Shown: positions 47,226-57,162 of the stretch, piece by piece
Numbering within the stretch: the stretch's first letter is position 1
Layout of the letters: each line of letters opens with the position of its first letter
Assembly: GCA_965223705.1 (NCBI GenBank)
Contig: OZ245015.1
Location: forward strand, 704,001-768,000
Length of the DNA: 64,000 nt
Direction of reading: 5' to 3'
Origin: Myxococcota bacterium
GTDB taxonomy: Bacteria; Myxococcota_A; UBA9160; UBA6930
Translations under genes and position numbers: made by a program
The notes under the pieces: generated by a model
Database searches by the model: none
Seen by the model: the letters and a program-made list of their open reading frames with translations, nothing else
What the model was told of the DNA's origin: nothing

Positions 47226-48755
47226 ATGGCCATGGATCCGCCCAGGATGGATCCGCAGAGAGCGGATCCGCCCAGAAGGGGCACGACGAGCGGCGCTTCA
47301 CCGGGCTCGGGAGAGTCCGGTGCCCACCGCGTGCCGCCGCACGACCTCGACGCCGAGCGCTCCGTTCTCTCGTCGCTTCTTCTCGACAACCGCGCCATGC
47401 ACGAAGTGGTACTCGAGCTCACCGCGAAAGAGTTCTACCACCCCGCGCACCAGGCGATCTTTCGCGCCATGATCGCGGTGCACGAAGAACAAAAACCCGT
47501 CGACTTGATCACGCTCTCCGAATATTTGAACGCGCACAAGATGCTCGACGCGATCGGAGGGCCCGTGTTCCTCGCCGAGATCGCCGATTTCGAAGTGACC
47601 GCGGCGAATGTGACGCACCACGCGCGGATCGTTCGCGACAAAGCTGTAAAACGCGCTCTCATCGGAGTGGCCACCGAAATCGCCGAAGAGGGCTACTCGG
47701 AACCCGGAGACGCAGACCGCCTCCTCGACAGTGCCGAGTCGAAGATTTTCGATCTCTCGAAAGCCCAGAGCCGATCGACTTTCGTGACGCTCCGAGATGA
47801 GATGCCCGCGACCTTCGACTACGTCGAAGCAATCATGAACCGCGGCGGCGGTCTGACCGGCATCTCGTCGGGTTACCAGGATCTCGATCAAATGACCGGC
47901 GGGTTGCAGGGCGGAGAACTCATCATCATCGCGGCGCGCCCGAGTATGGGAAAGACGGCACTCGCGTTGAACATCGCCCGCAACGCCGCGATCGACGGCA
48001 ATCAGAAAGTGGCGGTCTTCTCGCTCGAAATGACGACGCGGTCGCTCATCCTCCGCCTCTTGTCCGCCGAGGCGCAAGTCGATTTCTCGGCGTTCCGTTC
48101 TTCGTACTTGCCGACCCGCGACTACACGAAGTTGACGCGCGCCGGTGACGAACTCGCCCGCGCCGATCTGTGGATCGACGACAGTGGCGACCTTTCGCTC
48201 CTCGAAATCAAATCGAAATGCCGCCGCTTGCACGCCGATCGCGGTCTCGACCTCGTGTTCGTCGACTACCTGCAGCTCGCCCATTCCGACGGTCCCCGCC
48301 GCGACCGGAAAGACCTCGAAATCGCCGAGATCAGCAAAGGCTTGAAGGCGATGGCGAAGGAGCTCGATATTCCGGTCGTCGCATTGTCCCAGCTCAATCG
48401 CGGGCCGGAGCAGCGCGATCCGGACAAGCGCCGTCCGCGACTCGGCGATTTGCGGGAGTCCGGGGCGATCGAGCAGGACGCGGACCTGATCGCGTTCATC
48501 TACCGCGACTACGTCTACAACAAAGACGCGGATCCGAGCTTGGCGGAGCTCATCATCGAAAAGCAGCGCAACGGGCCCACCGGCACGGTGAAGCTGCATT
48601 TCGAGGGGCGCTACGCCCGCTTCGGAAACTGGTCAGACCGCGATGGCGACGCGCCCGGAGACACGCCGGGCTTCGTCGGGGCAGCGGAGCCGGCGCCCGG
48701 ATCGTTGTCCGGCGATCCCGCGGCCGATCCGTTCGGGGACGAGCCTCCTTTCTGA
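47226..48755 (+). CDS. dnaB: Replicative DNA helicase DnaB
   Basis: PPHDLDAE, AARPSMGKT, FSLEM, VDYLQL, LSQLNR, DLRESGAIEQDAD, KQRNGPTG; no intein. Start 47226 or 47232. Confidence 0.97.
   Translation: MAMDPPRMDPQRADPPRRGTTSGASPGSGESGAHRVPPHDLDAERSVLSSLLLDNRAMHEVVLELTAKEFYHPAHQAIFRAMIAVHEEQKPVDLITLSEYLNAHKMLDAIGGPVFLAEIADFEVTAANVTHHARIVRDKAVKRALIGVATEIAEEGYSEPGDADRLLDSAESKIFDLSKAQSRSTFVTLRDEMPATFDYVEAIMNRGGGLTGISSGYQDLDQMTGGLQGGELIIIAARPSMGKTALALNIARNAAIDGNQKVAVFSLEMTTRSLILRLLSAEAQVDFSAFRSSYLPTRDYTKLTRAGDELARADLWIDDSGDLSLLEIKSKCRRLHADRGLDLVFVDYLQLAHSDGPRRDRKDLEIAEISKGLKAMAKELDIPVVALSQLNRGPEQRDPDKRRPRLGDLRESGAIEQDADLIAFIYRDYVYNKDADPSLAELIIEKQRNGPTGTVKLHFEGRYARFGNWSDRDGDAPGDTPGFVGAAEPAPGSLSGDPAADPFGDEPPF
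47232..47276 (+). repeat. Three imperfect 15-bp tandem repeats at the dnaB 5' end
   Basis: ATGGATCCGCCCAGG / ATGGATCCGCAGAGA / GCGGATCCGCCCAGA, encoding MDPPR-MDPQR-ADPPR. Confidence 0.85.
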
Positions 48756-48758
48756 CGC

Positions 48759-49724
48759 ATGGCGCAACCCAAGCGCAAACCCTACGCCCTCTCCGGGGAC
48801 GCGACCGTCGCGGTGGTCGCACCGGCCTTCGCCGTCGAGCCCGGGCGCCTCGAGCGCGGAGAATCGCAACTCGCCGCGTGTGGTGTCCGCGTCGTGCGCC
48901 GCGAGGATCTCTTCGACCGTTGCGACTACTTTGCGGGCGACGACGCCCGCAGGCGCCACGAACTGATGGATTCGATCAGCGATCCGGCCGTCGACGGGAT
49001 CCTGTGCGCGCGGGGCGGCTACGGCTGCTCGCGCATCCTTCCGGATCTCGACGCCGCCGAAGTGCGCGCGGCCGCAAAACCGCTGGCGGGCTACAGCGAC
49101 ATCACGGCGCTCCTCCTCTGGCAGTGGGAGCAAGCCGGTCTCGTCGGTTTTCACGGGCCCATGCTCGACCGCGAAGGCGGCTTGAGCGACGAAGAGCTGA
49201 CGGCGTTGGTCCGCATGCTTCGCGGGCAAGACGAGGAAATCGTTTTTCACGGAGAAGGAGCGATTCCCGGCGCCGCCGGCGGCTTCCTGATCGGGGGATC
49301 GTTGACGCTTCTCGCGGGGAGCCTGGGAACACCCTGGGAGCCCGACCTCACGGGCGCCATTCTCCTGTTCGAAGAAGTCGGCGAGAAGCCCTACGCGATC
49401 GACCGCATGCTCGCCCAATTGCGCGCAGCCGGTAAGCTCGCCGGGTTGGTGGGGGTTGGCGTGGGGCATCTGGTCGAATGCACCGATCCGAAACGGGATC
49501 GGCCGACGGCGCGAGAAGTGATCGAAGCGGCGATCGCACCGCTCGAGATTCCGTTGGTGTTCGGACTGCCCTTCGGTCACGCGAGCCCGAATTTGCCCTG
49601 GCCGATCGGTGTGTCGGCGCGGATCGACGGAACCCGGGGCGAACTGCACATCCTCGAGTCCGGCGTGACGACGCGGGCGGATCGAAGGGACGACGACGTG
49701 ACGGAAGAATCGGCGGAACGATGA
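48759..49724 (+). CDS. ldcA: Muramoyltetrapeptide LD-carboxypeptidase (S66)
   Basis: RGGYG, GYSDIT (Ser), FHGPM, LFEEVGE (Glu), PFGH (His). Confidence 0.92.
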   Translation: MAQPKRKPYALSGDATVAVVAPAFAVEPGRLERGESQLAACGVRVVRREDLFDRCDYFAGDDARRRHELMDSISDPAVDGILCARGGYGCSRILPDLDAAEVRAAAKPLAGYSDITALLLWQWEQAGLVGFHGPMLDREGGLSDEELTALVRMLRGQDEEIVFHGEGAIPGAAGGFLIGGSLTLLAGSLGTPWEPDLTGAILLFEEVGEKPYAIDRMLAQLRAAGKLAGLVGVGVGHLVECTDPKRDRPTAREVIEAAIAPLEIPLVFGLPFGHASPNLPWPIGVSARIDGTRGELHILESGVTTRADRRDDDVTEESAER

Positions 49725-50875
49725 AGCGCAGCCTGATCGATCGGAAGCTCGGCAAAGTGGACCGCGCTCTGGCGAAGGCCATCGAAGGAGCGGAAACCGC
49801 CGGTGCGGTCCTCCTCGCACGGAAGCGTCGCGACGGGGAGTGGCTCGAGCACGAGGCGGTGGCCGGAATGGCGGTTGCGAAACCGGAGCGCCTGCCCATG
49901 CAACGGGACACGATCTTCGATCTGGCCTCGTTGACGAAGCCTCTGGCAACGACCACCGCCATCATGCTGCTCGTCGCGGACGGCCGACTCGTTCTCGACG
50001 ATCCCGTGGCGAAGCACCTGCCCGCCTTCGCGGAGCGCGGCAAAGAAGACGTAACCCTTCGCCATTTGCTCACGCACTCCTCCGGGATGCGCCCATGGCG
50101 CGGCTATCACGAAGTGCTGATCGAGAAGGAAAAGAAACGCGGTGAGCGTTGGCTCTGCACCGAGCAGGGCCGAGAGACGATTCTCGATCGCATCGTGAGA
50201 AGTTCACTCGTGCACGAGCCCGGAACCGCGGCGGTCTACGGAGACCTCGATTTTATTGCGCTCGGCGCGGTGATCGAGGCGGTCAGTGGCCAACGACTCG
50301 ACGCGTTCTGTCGCGAGCGCGTGTTCGAACCACTGGGCATGCTCGAGACGGAGTTCCGCCCCATCGCACCCGACGGATCGATTGCGAGCGAGTTTCCGCG
50401 TTCCCGCGTCGCAGCCACCGAGGAATGCCCGTTCCGGGAGCGCGTCGTCTGGGGTGAAGTGCACGACCCGAACGCCTACGCCATGGGAGGGGTCGCGGGA
50501 CACGCCGGTCTCTTTGCCCCCGCCACGGACGTTCTGCGCTTCGCCGAGATCGTGCTCGACACGTGGCACGGTCGGAGCGAGCTCCTGCCGCGTGACCTTC
50601 TGCGGAGCTTCGCGACGCGCCAGAAGATTCCGGCTGAATCGGATTGGGCCCTGGGGTGGGATACGCCGACCGAGGGTGTCTCTTCCTCGGGGCAGTACTT
50701 TTCGACCGCGAGCATCGGACATTTGGGATTCACGGGAACGTCCCTCTGGATCGATCTCGAAGGCGAGGCGATCGTGGTGTTTCTCACCAATCGGATCCAT
50801 CTCGTGGCGAAACGGAGTCGCTACGAGCTCCGTCCGCGCGTCCACGATCTGTTGATGGAGGCCTTCGCAGCCTAA
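49721..50875 (+). CDS. Cytoplasmic beta-lactamase-fold serine hydrolase (AmiE/EstB-like)
   Basis: FDLASLTK (SxxK), LLTHSSG, YGD, GEVHDPNA, AGHAGLF, GHLGFTGT; no signal peptide. Confidence 0.88.
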   Translation: MKRSLIDRKLGKVDRALAKAIEGAETAGAVLLARKRRDGEWLEHEAVAGMAVAKPERLPMQRDTIFDLASLTKPLATTTAIMLLVADGRLVLDDPVAKHLPAFAERGKEDVTLRHLLTHSSGMRPWRGYHEVLIEKEKKRGERWLCTEQGRETILDRIVRSSLVHEPGTAAVYGDLDFIALGAVIEAVSGQRLDAFCRERVFEPLGMLETEFRPIAPDGSIASEFPRSRVAATEECPFRERVVWGEVHDPNAYAMGGVAGHAGLFAPATDVLRFAEIVLDTWHGRSELLPRDLLRSFATRQKIPAESDWALGWDTPTEGVSSSGQYFSTASIGHLGFTGTSLWIDLEGEAIVVFLTNRIHLVAKRSRYELRPRVHDLLMEAFAA

Positions 50876-50907
50876 GTCCCGAGGGCGTCCCTTCCGATCA
50901 GAGGGTT

Positions 50908-52332
50908 ATGGAACACATCCACTTCATCGCCATCGGGGGCACCGGGATGGGATCGCTGGCGGGGCTACTCCGCGCCCGCGGCCACCACATCACCGGTTCG
51001 GATCGCGAGCTCTACCCTCCGATGAGCGAGGCGCTCGAGCGCTGGGACATTCCGGTGACGATCGGCTTCCGTCCCGAAAACCTCGACTTCGATTCGCCGC
51101 CCGACGTCGTGGTGATCGGCAACGCGGTTCGCCCCGACAACCCGGAAGCACAGGCCGCGATCGAGCGCGGTTTTCGCGTCACCTCGTTCCCCGATGCGCT
51201 CTACGAGTACGCCATGGCGGACAAGCACCGCATCGTCGTTTCGGGAACCCACGGGAAGACGACGACCACGAGCATGCTGGGCACACTTCTCTTGGAGACC
51301 GACCGCGATCCCTCGCTCCTCGTCGGAGGCATCGCCAATAACTTCGACGGGAGCTTTCGGGAAGGTCGCGGGGAGCACTTCATCGTCGAAGGTGACGAGT
51401 ACGACACCGTATTTTTCGACAAGACGCCCAAATTTCTCCACTACCACGCGAATACCGCGATCCTGACATCCGTCGAGTTCGATCACGCCGATATCTACCG
51501 AGATCTCTCTGCCGTCCAGGCGGCGTTCCGCCAGCTCGTCGATGCGATGGAAAGCGACGGGGTTCTGGTGGCGGCGACGGAAAGTGCCGGGGTCGCCGAC
51601 GTGGTGGCCGATGCTCCGTGCTCGGTCGTCCGGTACGGAGTCGAGACCGACGGGGCGACGGAGCACGACGCGACCCGCCTCAAGGTTCTGCCCGAGGGCA
51701 CGTCTTTCGACTGGTTGTACCGCGGTGAGCGCCTCGCGCGGCCACTGCTACCGACCTTCGGCCGCCACAATGTGGCGAACGCGTTGTCGGCACTCGCCGT
51801 GACCCACGCATTGGGCGTCCCGCCCCAGGAAGCCGCGGATGCCCTCGCTCGGTACCGCGGGGTGAAACGTCGTCAGGAACTGCGCGGTGAAGTCGCCGGC
51901 GTGACCGTGATCGACGACTTCGCGCATCACCCGACGGCCGTGCGCGTGACGCTCGACGGGTTGGCGGAACGTTTTCCCGGGCGACGGATCGTCGCCGTGT
52001 TCGAACCGCGTTCGAATACGAGTCGACGCGATGTCTTTCAAGAGCAGTACGCCGATGCTTTTGGCTCGGCTGGGCGCGTGATCGTCGCGGAAGTACCCGA
52101 TCAGCCGATCTACAGCGCAACCGGCGACGTCACGGCGTTGTTCTCCTCCGAGCGCCTCGCGAAGGACCTCGACAAACGCGGGATCCCGGCGCTCTCCCTC
52201 GACGGCGTCGACAGCATCGTCGACGAACTCGTGCAGGGGCGCGAAGACGGCGACGTGATCGTGACGCTCTCGAACGGAAGTTTCGGGGGTATCTGGGACG
52301 CGCTGCTCGCTCGGTTGGCACGCGCGCGCTAG
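50908..52332 (+). CDS. mpl: UDP-MurNAc:tripeptide ligase Mpl (MurC-like)
   Basis: IHFIAIGGTGMG, YPPMS, GTHGKTTT, EGDEYD, EFDHADIY, DDFAHHPT, EPRSNT, SNGSFGG (Mpl-type motifs). Confidence 0.9.
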   Translation: MEHIHFIAIGGTGMGSLAGLLRARGHHITGSDRELYPPMSEALERWDIPVTIGFRPENLDFDSPPDVVVIGNAVRPDNPEAQAAIERGFRVTSFPDALYEYAMADKHRIVVSGTHGKTTTTSMLGTLLLETDRDPSLLVGGIANNFDGSFREGRGEHFIVEGDEYDTVFFDKTPKFLHYHANTAILTSVEFDHADIYRDLSAVQAAFRQLVDAMESDGVLVAATESAGVADVVADAPCSVVRYGVETDGATEHDATRLKVLPEGTSFDWLYRGERLARPLLPTFGRHNVANALSALAVTHALGVPPQEAADALARYRGVKRRQELRGEVAGVTVIDDFAHHPTAVRVTLDGLAERFPGRRIVAVFEPRSNTSRRDVFQEQYADAFGSAGRVIVAEVPDQPIYSATGDVTALFSSERLAKDLDKRGIPALSLDGVDSIVDELVQGREDGDVIVTLSNGSFGGIWDALLARLARAR

Positions 52333-52341
52333 CGACGGCCG

Positions 52342-53145
52342 CTAGCCCAGAGAATCTCCGAAATCGAGGAGCCGCGGTTCATCCGGCCCGCGAGAAACCG
52401 CGCGCTCGAGTGCCGCGCGCACGAATTCTCGCGCTTTCTCGACGGCGATGACGAGCGGTGCGCCGCGCGCGAGGTGCGCGGTGATTGCGGCGGAAAGCGC
52501 GCAACCCGTTCCGTGCGTCTGCGGTGCGTCGATCCGCGCACCGGAGAACGCGCGCGTCAACCGTTCGCCGTTCTCGCGGTACACCAAGAAGTCGTCCGCC
52601 GGGCCGTCGCGATGGCCGCCTTTGATGAGCGCCCCTTGGGCGCCGAATTCCTCGACGAGCATTTCCGCAGCCCGCCGAACGCCCGCGGCCTCGTCGACGG
52701 GTTCTCCGGTGAGGCGCGCAGCCTCCGCGAGGTTCGGCGTTACGAGCGTCGCGCCGCGGATCAAAGCTTCGAGTGTCGAGCGAGCCCGGTTCTCGAGCAG
52801 TTCCGTGCCGTCGCTCGCGGCGAGGACTGGGTCGATCACAAGAGCGGGGGGCGGAGCTCCCAGGCTCGTCAGCGCCAGCATGACGGAGCGGGCGACGTCG
52901 TCCGTGGCGAGCATGCCGAGTTTCACGGCGGCGGGGCGAATTTCGGCGAGGAGCACTCGAAGCTGATCCAGCATCACCGACGGGAAGGTGGGCAGAACGC
53001 TGTGGACGCGGCGGGTGTCTTGAATGGTCAACGCCGTCGGGACGCCCGCGCCGTGGACGCCGTGCAGCCTGAAGACTTGAAGGTCGAGTTGGAGGCCAGC
53101 ACCCCCGGTGGGATCCGAGCCGGCGATACTGAGGGCGGTCCGCAT
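52342..53145 (-). CDS. thiD: Hydroxymethylpyrimidine/phosphomethylpyrimidine kinase
   Basis: SIAGSDPTGGAGLQ, VKLGML, IDPV, TPNLAEA, KGGH, THGTGC. Confidence 0.93.
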   Translation of the reverse strand: MRTALSIAGSDPTGGAGLQLDLQVFRLHGVHGAGVPTALTIQDTRRVHSVLPTFPSVMLDQLRVLLAEIRPAAVKLGMLATDDVARSVMLALTSLGAPPPALVIDPVLAASDGTELLENRARSTLEALIRGATLVTPNLAEAARLTGEPVDEAAGVRRAAEMLVEEFGAQGALIKGGHRDGPADDFLVYRENGERLTRAFSGARIDAPQTHGTGCALSAAITAHLARGAPLVIAVEKAREFVRAALERAVSRGPDEPRLLDFGDSLG

Positions 53146-53182
53146 CGGTGCTAACAGTACAGGACCCCCTGTGGAGGATCCC

Positions 53183-53863
53183 ATGCCCCGGCTGATCTCG
53201 CCCGTGCTGCTGCTGCTCGTTCTCGCCTTCCCCACGCCTTCGGGTGCCGAGGAACCATCGACCTGGTACGTCGAGCGGGTCGCCTCGGGCGACGTGCCCT
53301 TCCAACTCGAACACTACTGGTCGAAAGGACGGTTGCTACGGACAGAGACCGTGATCGGAGGGTTGCCCGTCATCACCATCGTCAACGCCAAGGAGTACAT
53401 CATGATCGATGTGCTCAGCGCCCGGGGCGTAGCCATCGCACGAAACCCCTCGTCGATCGCGGAAGACAAAGGACGAACGCGTCCGTTCGCGATGGAAGGA
53501 AAGGAGCTCGTCGACGTCGGAGCGGAGAAAGTGTCGACTGAGAAGTATGGCGTCGGTGAGTGCGACCTGTACCGCGCGACGAACCGAGACGGTCGGCGAG
53601 AAGTGTGTGTCACAGGGGGGGACGACTACCTGCCCCTCTACGTACGTACCTGGCACCGGGAGTCCAACAAGCACGTCAGTATGCGCTACTTGAACTGGAC
53701 GCGAGACCTCAACATCCCTGAGAAATTCTTCGAGCCGGATCCTCGGGTGGAACTTGAGAGAATCTCTTACGAGAACTACATCGAGCGTGCCGACAAAGAG
53801 CCGGTAACACCGTTTCCAGTGTTTTACCACGACCTACTGCACGGCTCGCGCAAGCAGTCCTAG
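53183..53863 (+). CDS. Secreted hypothetical protein (beta-rich; LolA/DUF4412-like guess)
   Basis: GGAGG RBS, signal peptide, ECDLY motif, IPEKFFEP near the C-terminus. Confidence 0.65.
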   Translation: MPRLISPVLLLLVLAFPTPSGAEEPSTWYVERVASGDVPFQLEHYWSKGRLLRTETVIGGLPVITIVNAKEYIMIDVLSARGVAIARNPSSIAEDKGRTRPFAMEGKELVDVGAEKVSTEKYGVGECDLYRATNRDGRREVCVTGGDDYLPLYVRTWHRESNKHVSMRYLNWTRDLNIPEKFFEPDPRVELERISYENYIERADKEPVTPFPVFYHDLLHGSRKQS

Positions 53864-53871
53864 GGCTCGGT

Positions 53872-54978
53872 CTAGTTCGTCACCCACGTGATGTTCGCGT
53901 CGGCGATCTTCGGCGCGGATTCCGCCAGTACGGCGACCTTGCGCGCCACCGTGCCCGCGAGGCTTCGAAAGCAGCCCGCTGCCTCGCTGTCCGGGGCGTC
54001 GACGAGAATCGGTCGCCCCGCGTCGCCTCCGCTCACGATCCGCGGATCGATCGGGACTTCTCCGAGGAACGGGACAGAGAGCTCGTCGGCGATGCGCTTT
54101 CCGCCCCCTTCGCCGAAGATGTGGTAGCGGCGATCGGGGAGGTCCGGCGGGACGAAGTAGGACATGTTCTCGATCACCCCGAGGACGGGCACGTCGACTT
54201 TCTCGAACATGACAAGCCCCTTGCGCGCGTCGGCAAGGGAGAGATCGTTGGCCGTCGTCACGATCACCGCGCCCGCGAGCGGCGCCATTTGGGTCAGGGT
54301 GAGCGCTGCGTCCCCGGTGCCGGGGGGTAGATCGATGACTAAGTAGTCGAGTTCTCCCCACACCACGTCGGTGAGAAATTGCCGGATGAGTCCGTGCACC
54401 ATCGGGCCCCGCCAGATCACGGGGCTGTTGTCGGTTACGAAGAAACCCATCGACATGACCCGAAGGCCGTGCGCTTCGAGTGGAAGAATCGCTTTTTGTC
54501 CGTCTCGTTCCTCGGTCCTGGGTCGGCCGTCGACGCCCAAGAGAAGGGGGAGGGACGGACCGTAGACATCGGCGTCGAGAATGCCGACGGTCGCGCCGGT
54601 CTCTGCCAGCGCGAGGGCCAAGTTGACGGCGGTCGTGCTCTTCCCCACGCCGCCCTTGCCCGAAGCGACCGCGATCGTGTTGCGGACGCCGGGCAAAACT
54701 TCCGCGCTATCCGCCTCCACGCGGCCGCGGGTTTGCGCCGTCATGCGCACGTCGACTTCCGCGACGCCGACCAGTGCGGAGACCCGGTTCTTCGCATCGC
54801 GTTGGAACTCTTCTTTCACCGGACACGCCGGCGTCGTCAGCTCGATGTCGAAGGACACGCGGTCCCCGTCGATCGCGATGTTTTTGACAAAACCCAAGTC
54901 GACGATGCTGCGGCCAAAGTCGGGGTCGATGATCGGATGTAGGGCGTTTCGGATATCGGCTTCGGTTATTTCGGACAC
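53872..54978 (-). CDS. apbC: Mrp/ApbC/NBP35 iron-sulfur cluster carrier ATPase
   Basis: N-terminal DUF59 (LTTPACP), ASGKGGVGKST, DADVYGPS, WRGPM, DLPPGTGD, IENMS. Confidence 0.93.
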   Translation of the reverse strand: MSEITEADIRNALHPIIDPDFGRSIVDLGFVKNIAIDGDRVSFDIELTTPACPVKEEFQRDAKNRVSALVGVAEVDVRMTAQTRGRVEADSAEVLPGVRNTIAVASGKGGVGKSTTAVNLALALAETGATVGILDADVYGPSLPLLLGVDGRPRTEERDGQKAILPLEAHGLRVMSMGFFVTDNSPVIWRGPMVHGLIRQFLTDVVWGELDYLVIDLPPGTGDAALTLTQMAPLAGAVIVTTANDLSLADARKGLVMFEKVDVPVLGVIENMSYFVPPDLPDRRYHIFGEGGGKRIADELSVPFLGEVPIDPRIVSGGDAGRPILVDAPDSEAAGCFRSLAGTVARKVAVLAESAPKIADANITWVTN

Positions 54979-55064
54979 GGTACGAGGTTACCGCGCACGC
55001 CGGGCTCGTGCCTCGAACCACGTTGCGGCCGGCGCTCCCAGGGTGGGGATGGCACACTGGCCCT

Positions 55065-56144
55065 GTGGACGAACTCGACGATGCATACGCCCGGTTCGCG
55101 TCGACGGCGCCGGAATGGGGCGCCGGCTTCTCGAATCACGGACCGATGGCGTGTGAGGCGCTGGTCCAGTTGGGACATTCCGCACTCGTCCCGGGCTGCG
55201 TCGACATTTATGCCCCGAGGCTTCCGGAGCTTCCGCCCGGGAAGGAGTTGTCGGCACCCGAGCGAGCCCGCGCGCGCGGAGACATGGGGCGAGTCGCCGA
55301 CTGGATCGCGAGCTACCGGGCTGAAGTCGAGCGCGGCGACTGGCAGCCCGTGCTGCGGAGCTCCGTGCTGGAACTTTCACCCGGCTTGTTCGGCGCGGCC
55401 GGACACGGTTTCTTGCGGACCGCCCATGCCGCGCGGGCTCTCGCCGCGGCCGACAACCCGGTCCGCCGGACGGAGCTCGCGCACGGGCTCGGCTACTGGG
55501 CGGCTGCGTACACGCCGCTCCCGGAGGCCAGGGAAAACGGGCAATCGACGTTTGACGACGCTCTTTCCGCACTCGATCGCGCCGAGTCGCCGCCACTTCT
55601 GGGCGAAGGCGAGATGCTCTCGGACGTCACGCCGCGTCTGTCGGATCACCCGGGCCTGCGAAACGCAATTTCCGGGGCGGATACGCTGAGTGGACCGCTT
55701 TCCGACCGCATCTCCGCTCTTTGTGGCGCGGTCGCGCGTCGCTACTTGGGCTCGGAACCTTGGCGGATTGCGCACACCCACGCGATCACGGTCCCATCGG
55801 CGGTTCGGCTCCTGCTCCCCGTGGTAGGCGAGGCCGCCGCCGAAGAAGCGTTTCGCTACGCGTGGCAAACGAGCGCGGTCCTGTGTGCGGTCGGCGTTTC
55901 GTCGCGACCGATCGACGCGAACGCCGAAAAGACAGCGCTCGCGCGCAATCGCCCCGAACTGCGCTACCGGGCCGCCTGCAGTCTCGAGGAGCACGCGATC
56001 AAACTCACCGAGGCGTGCCTGCGCGAGGCTGCAGAGCTCGAGAGAGACGCTACGCCATCGAACGGCCCTGACGTCGACGCTTTGTTGACCGTGGCCGCGG
56101 ACGCGGCGCTCTGCATGGGAGAACCCGGGCGGCGGAACTGTTGA
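55065..56144 (+). CDS. Questin-oxidase-family (DUF4243-like) protein
   Basis: SNHGPMA.EAL, GAAGHGFLRTAHA, ELAHGLGYWAA, HAIT, EHAIKLTEAC motifs. Start uncertain. Confidence 0.7.
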   Translation: MDELDDAYARFASTAPEWGAGFSNHGPMACEALVQLGHSALVPGCVDIYAPRLPELPPGKELSAPERARARGDMGRVADWIASYRAEVERGDWQPVLRSSVLELSPGLFGAAGHGFLRTAHAARALAAADNPVRRTELAHGLGYWAAAYTPLPEARENGQSTFDDALSALDRAESPPLLGEGEMLSDVTPRLSDHPGLRNAISGADTLSGPLSDRISALCGAVARRYLGSEPWRIAHTHAITVPSAVRLLLPVVGEAAAEEAFRYAWQTSAVLCAVGVSSRPIDANAEKTALARNRPELRYRAACSLEEHAIKLTEACLREAAELERDATPSNGPDVDALLTVAADAALCMGEPGRRNC

Positions 56145-56148
56145 GTCC

Positions 56149-57138
56149 TCAGAAGGGAGGGACCCGCGCGGGGAGCACCCCTTCCCGTCGGTCGGGGGGC
56201 GCCCCCGCCGCGCTTGCGCGCCGCAAAATGTCGAAGTACCCGCGCTCGACGCACGCGTTTTCGAGTGCGCCTCGATCTCGCAGCAGCCGGTGGAGTTCCG
56301 GCAAGCGGTAGTGCGGCACTGTCATCAACAAGTGGTGCTCGAGGTGATAGTTCACGCGGTTGGGGGCGAGAAAGAGGCGTTCCCACCAACGCGCGATCAT
56401 GGTGCGTGTGTTGCGCAGGGGATCGTCCGCGTCGTCGGTCAGAGCGTGTTCGGCAATCGAGCGAATGCGTGTGACGAGGGTGTTTGTCGTGAGCCAACTC
56501 GCGACCCAAACCAGATAGACGGCTGGGTGGAATAGGAAAGACACTATCGCGAAGAGAACTACGTTCGTGACGAGCATTCCCCGGAGCGCGCGCCGGCCCT
56601 CCGCGTCCTTTGCCCGGAACGTCCGGCGCCAGGAAGCGGCGGCGAACTTGACACCCGTCTGCCCGGTCAGGTCCCGAATGATCTTGCGACGCAAGCTACT
56701 GCGCGTCGTGGGGAACGGCGCGATCAGGGCGAGGTCCGGGTCTTCGAGACTTCCGGTTTTCGCGTGATGCTTCAAGTGGTAGCGACGGTAGCCGGCCAAA
56801 TTGCTCCACACGGGGAAGGCGCACAGCCAGTCGCCGGTCCAGTCGTTTAAGCTTTTGGGATGGAACAAGACGCGGTGCGCCGCGTCGTGCATCAGAATGG
56901 CCAGGCCCAGTTGACGAGCTCCGATGAGAAGAAGCGCGAGGAGGATCGTGAGCGGGTTCGGCCAACGCCACACCATACCGAGCGCGGCAAAGATGATTCC
57001 CCAGTTGAGAACCAGAGACGCCGAGGAGCGCGCGTTCGATACGCGGAGAAGCGCTGCGATTTCTTCTCGAGACACGGCCCCGCGCCACCCTTCGCGGGTG
57101 GTGGCGAAACTGCCGGCATTCGTCGCACTGGCCGTCAC
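56149..57138 (-). CDS. Membrane fatty-acid desaturase family protein
   Basis: Three His boxes (HDAAH, HLKHH, HLEHH) plus TM segments. Confidence 0.9.
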   Translation of the reverse strand: MTASATNAGSFATTREGWRGAVSREEIAALLRVSNARSSASLVLNWGIIFAALGMVWRWPNPLTILLALLLIGARQLGLAILMHDAAHRVLFHPKSLNDWTGDWLCAFPVWSNLAGYRRYHLKHHAKTGSLEDPDLALIAPFPTTRSSLRRKIIRDLTGQTGVKFAAASWRRTFRAKDAEGRRALRGMLVTNVVLFAIVSFLFHPAVYLVWVASWLTTNTLVTRIRSIAEHALTDDADDPLRNTRTMIARWWERLFLAPNRVNYHLEHHLLMTVPHYRLPELHRLLRDRGALENACVERGYFDILRRASAAGAPPDRREGVLPARVPPF

Positions 57139-57162
57139 AAGGGCAAGGTAGCGAAGCCGCGC

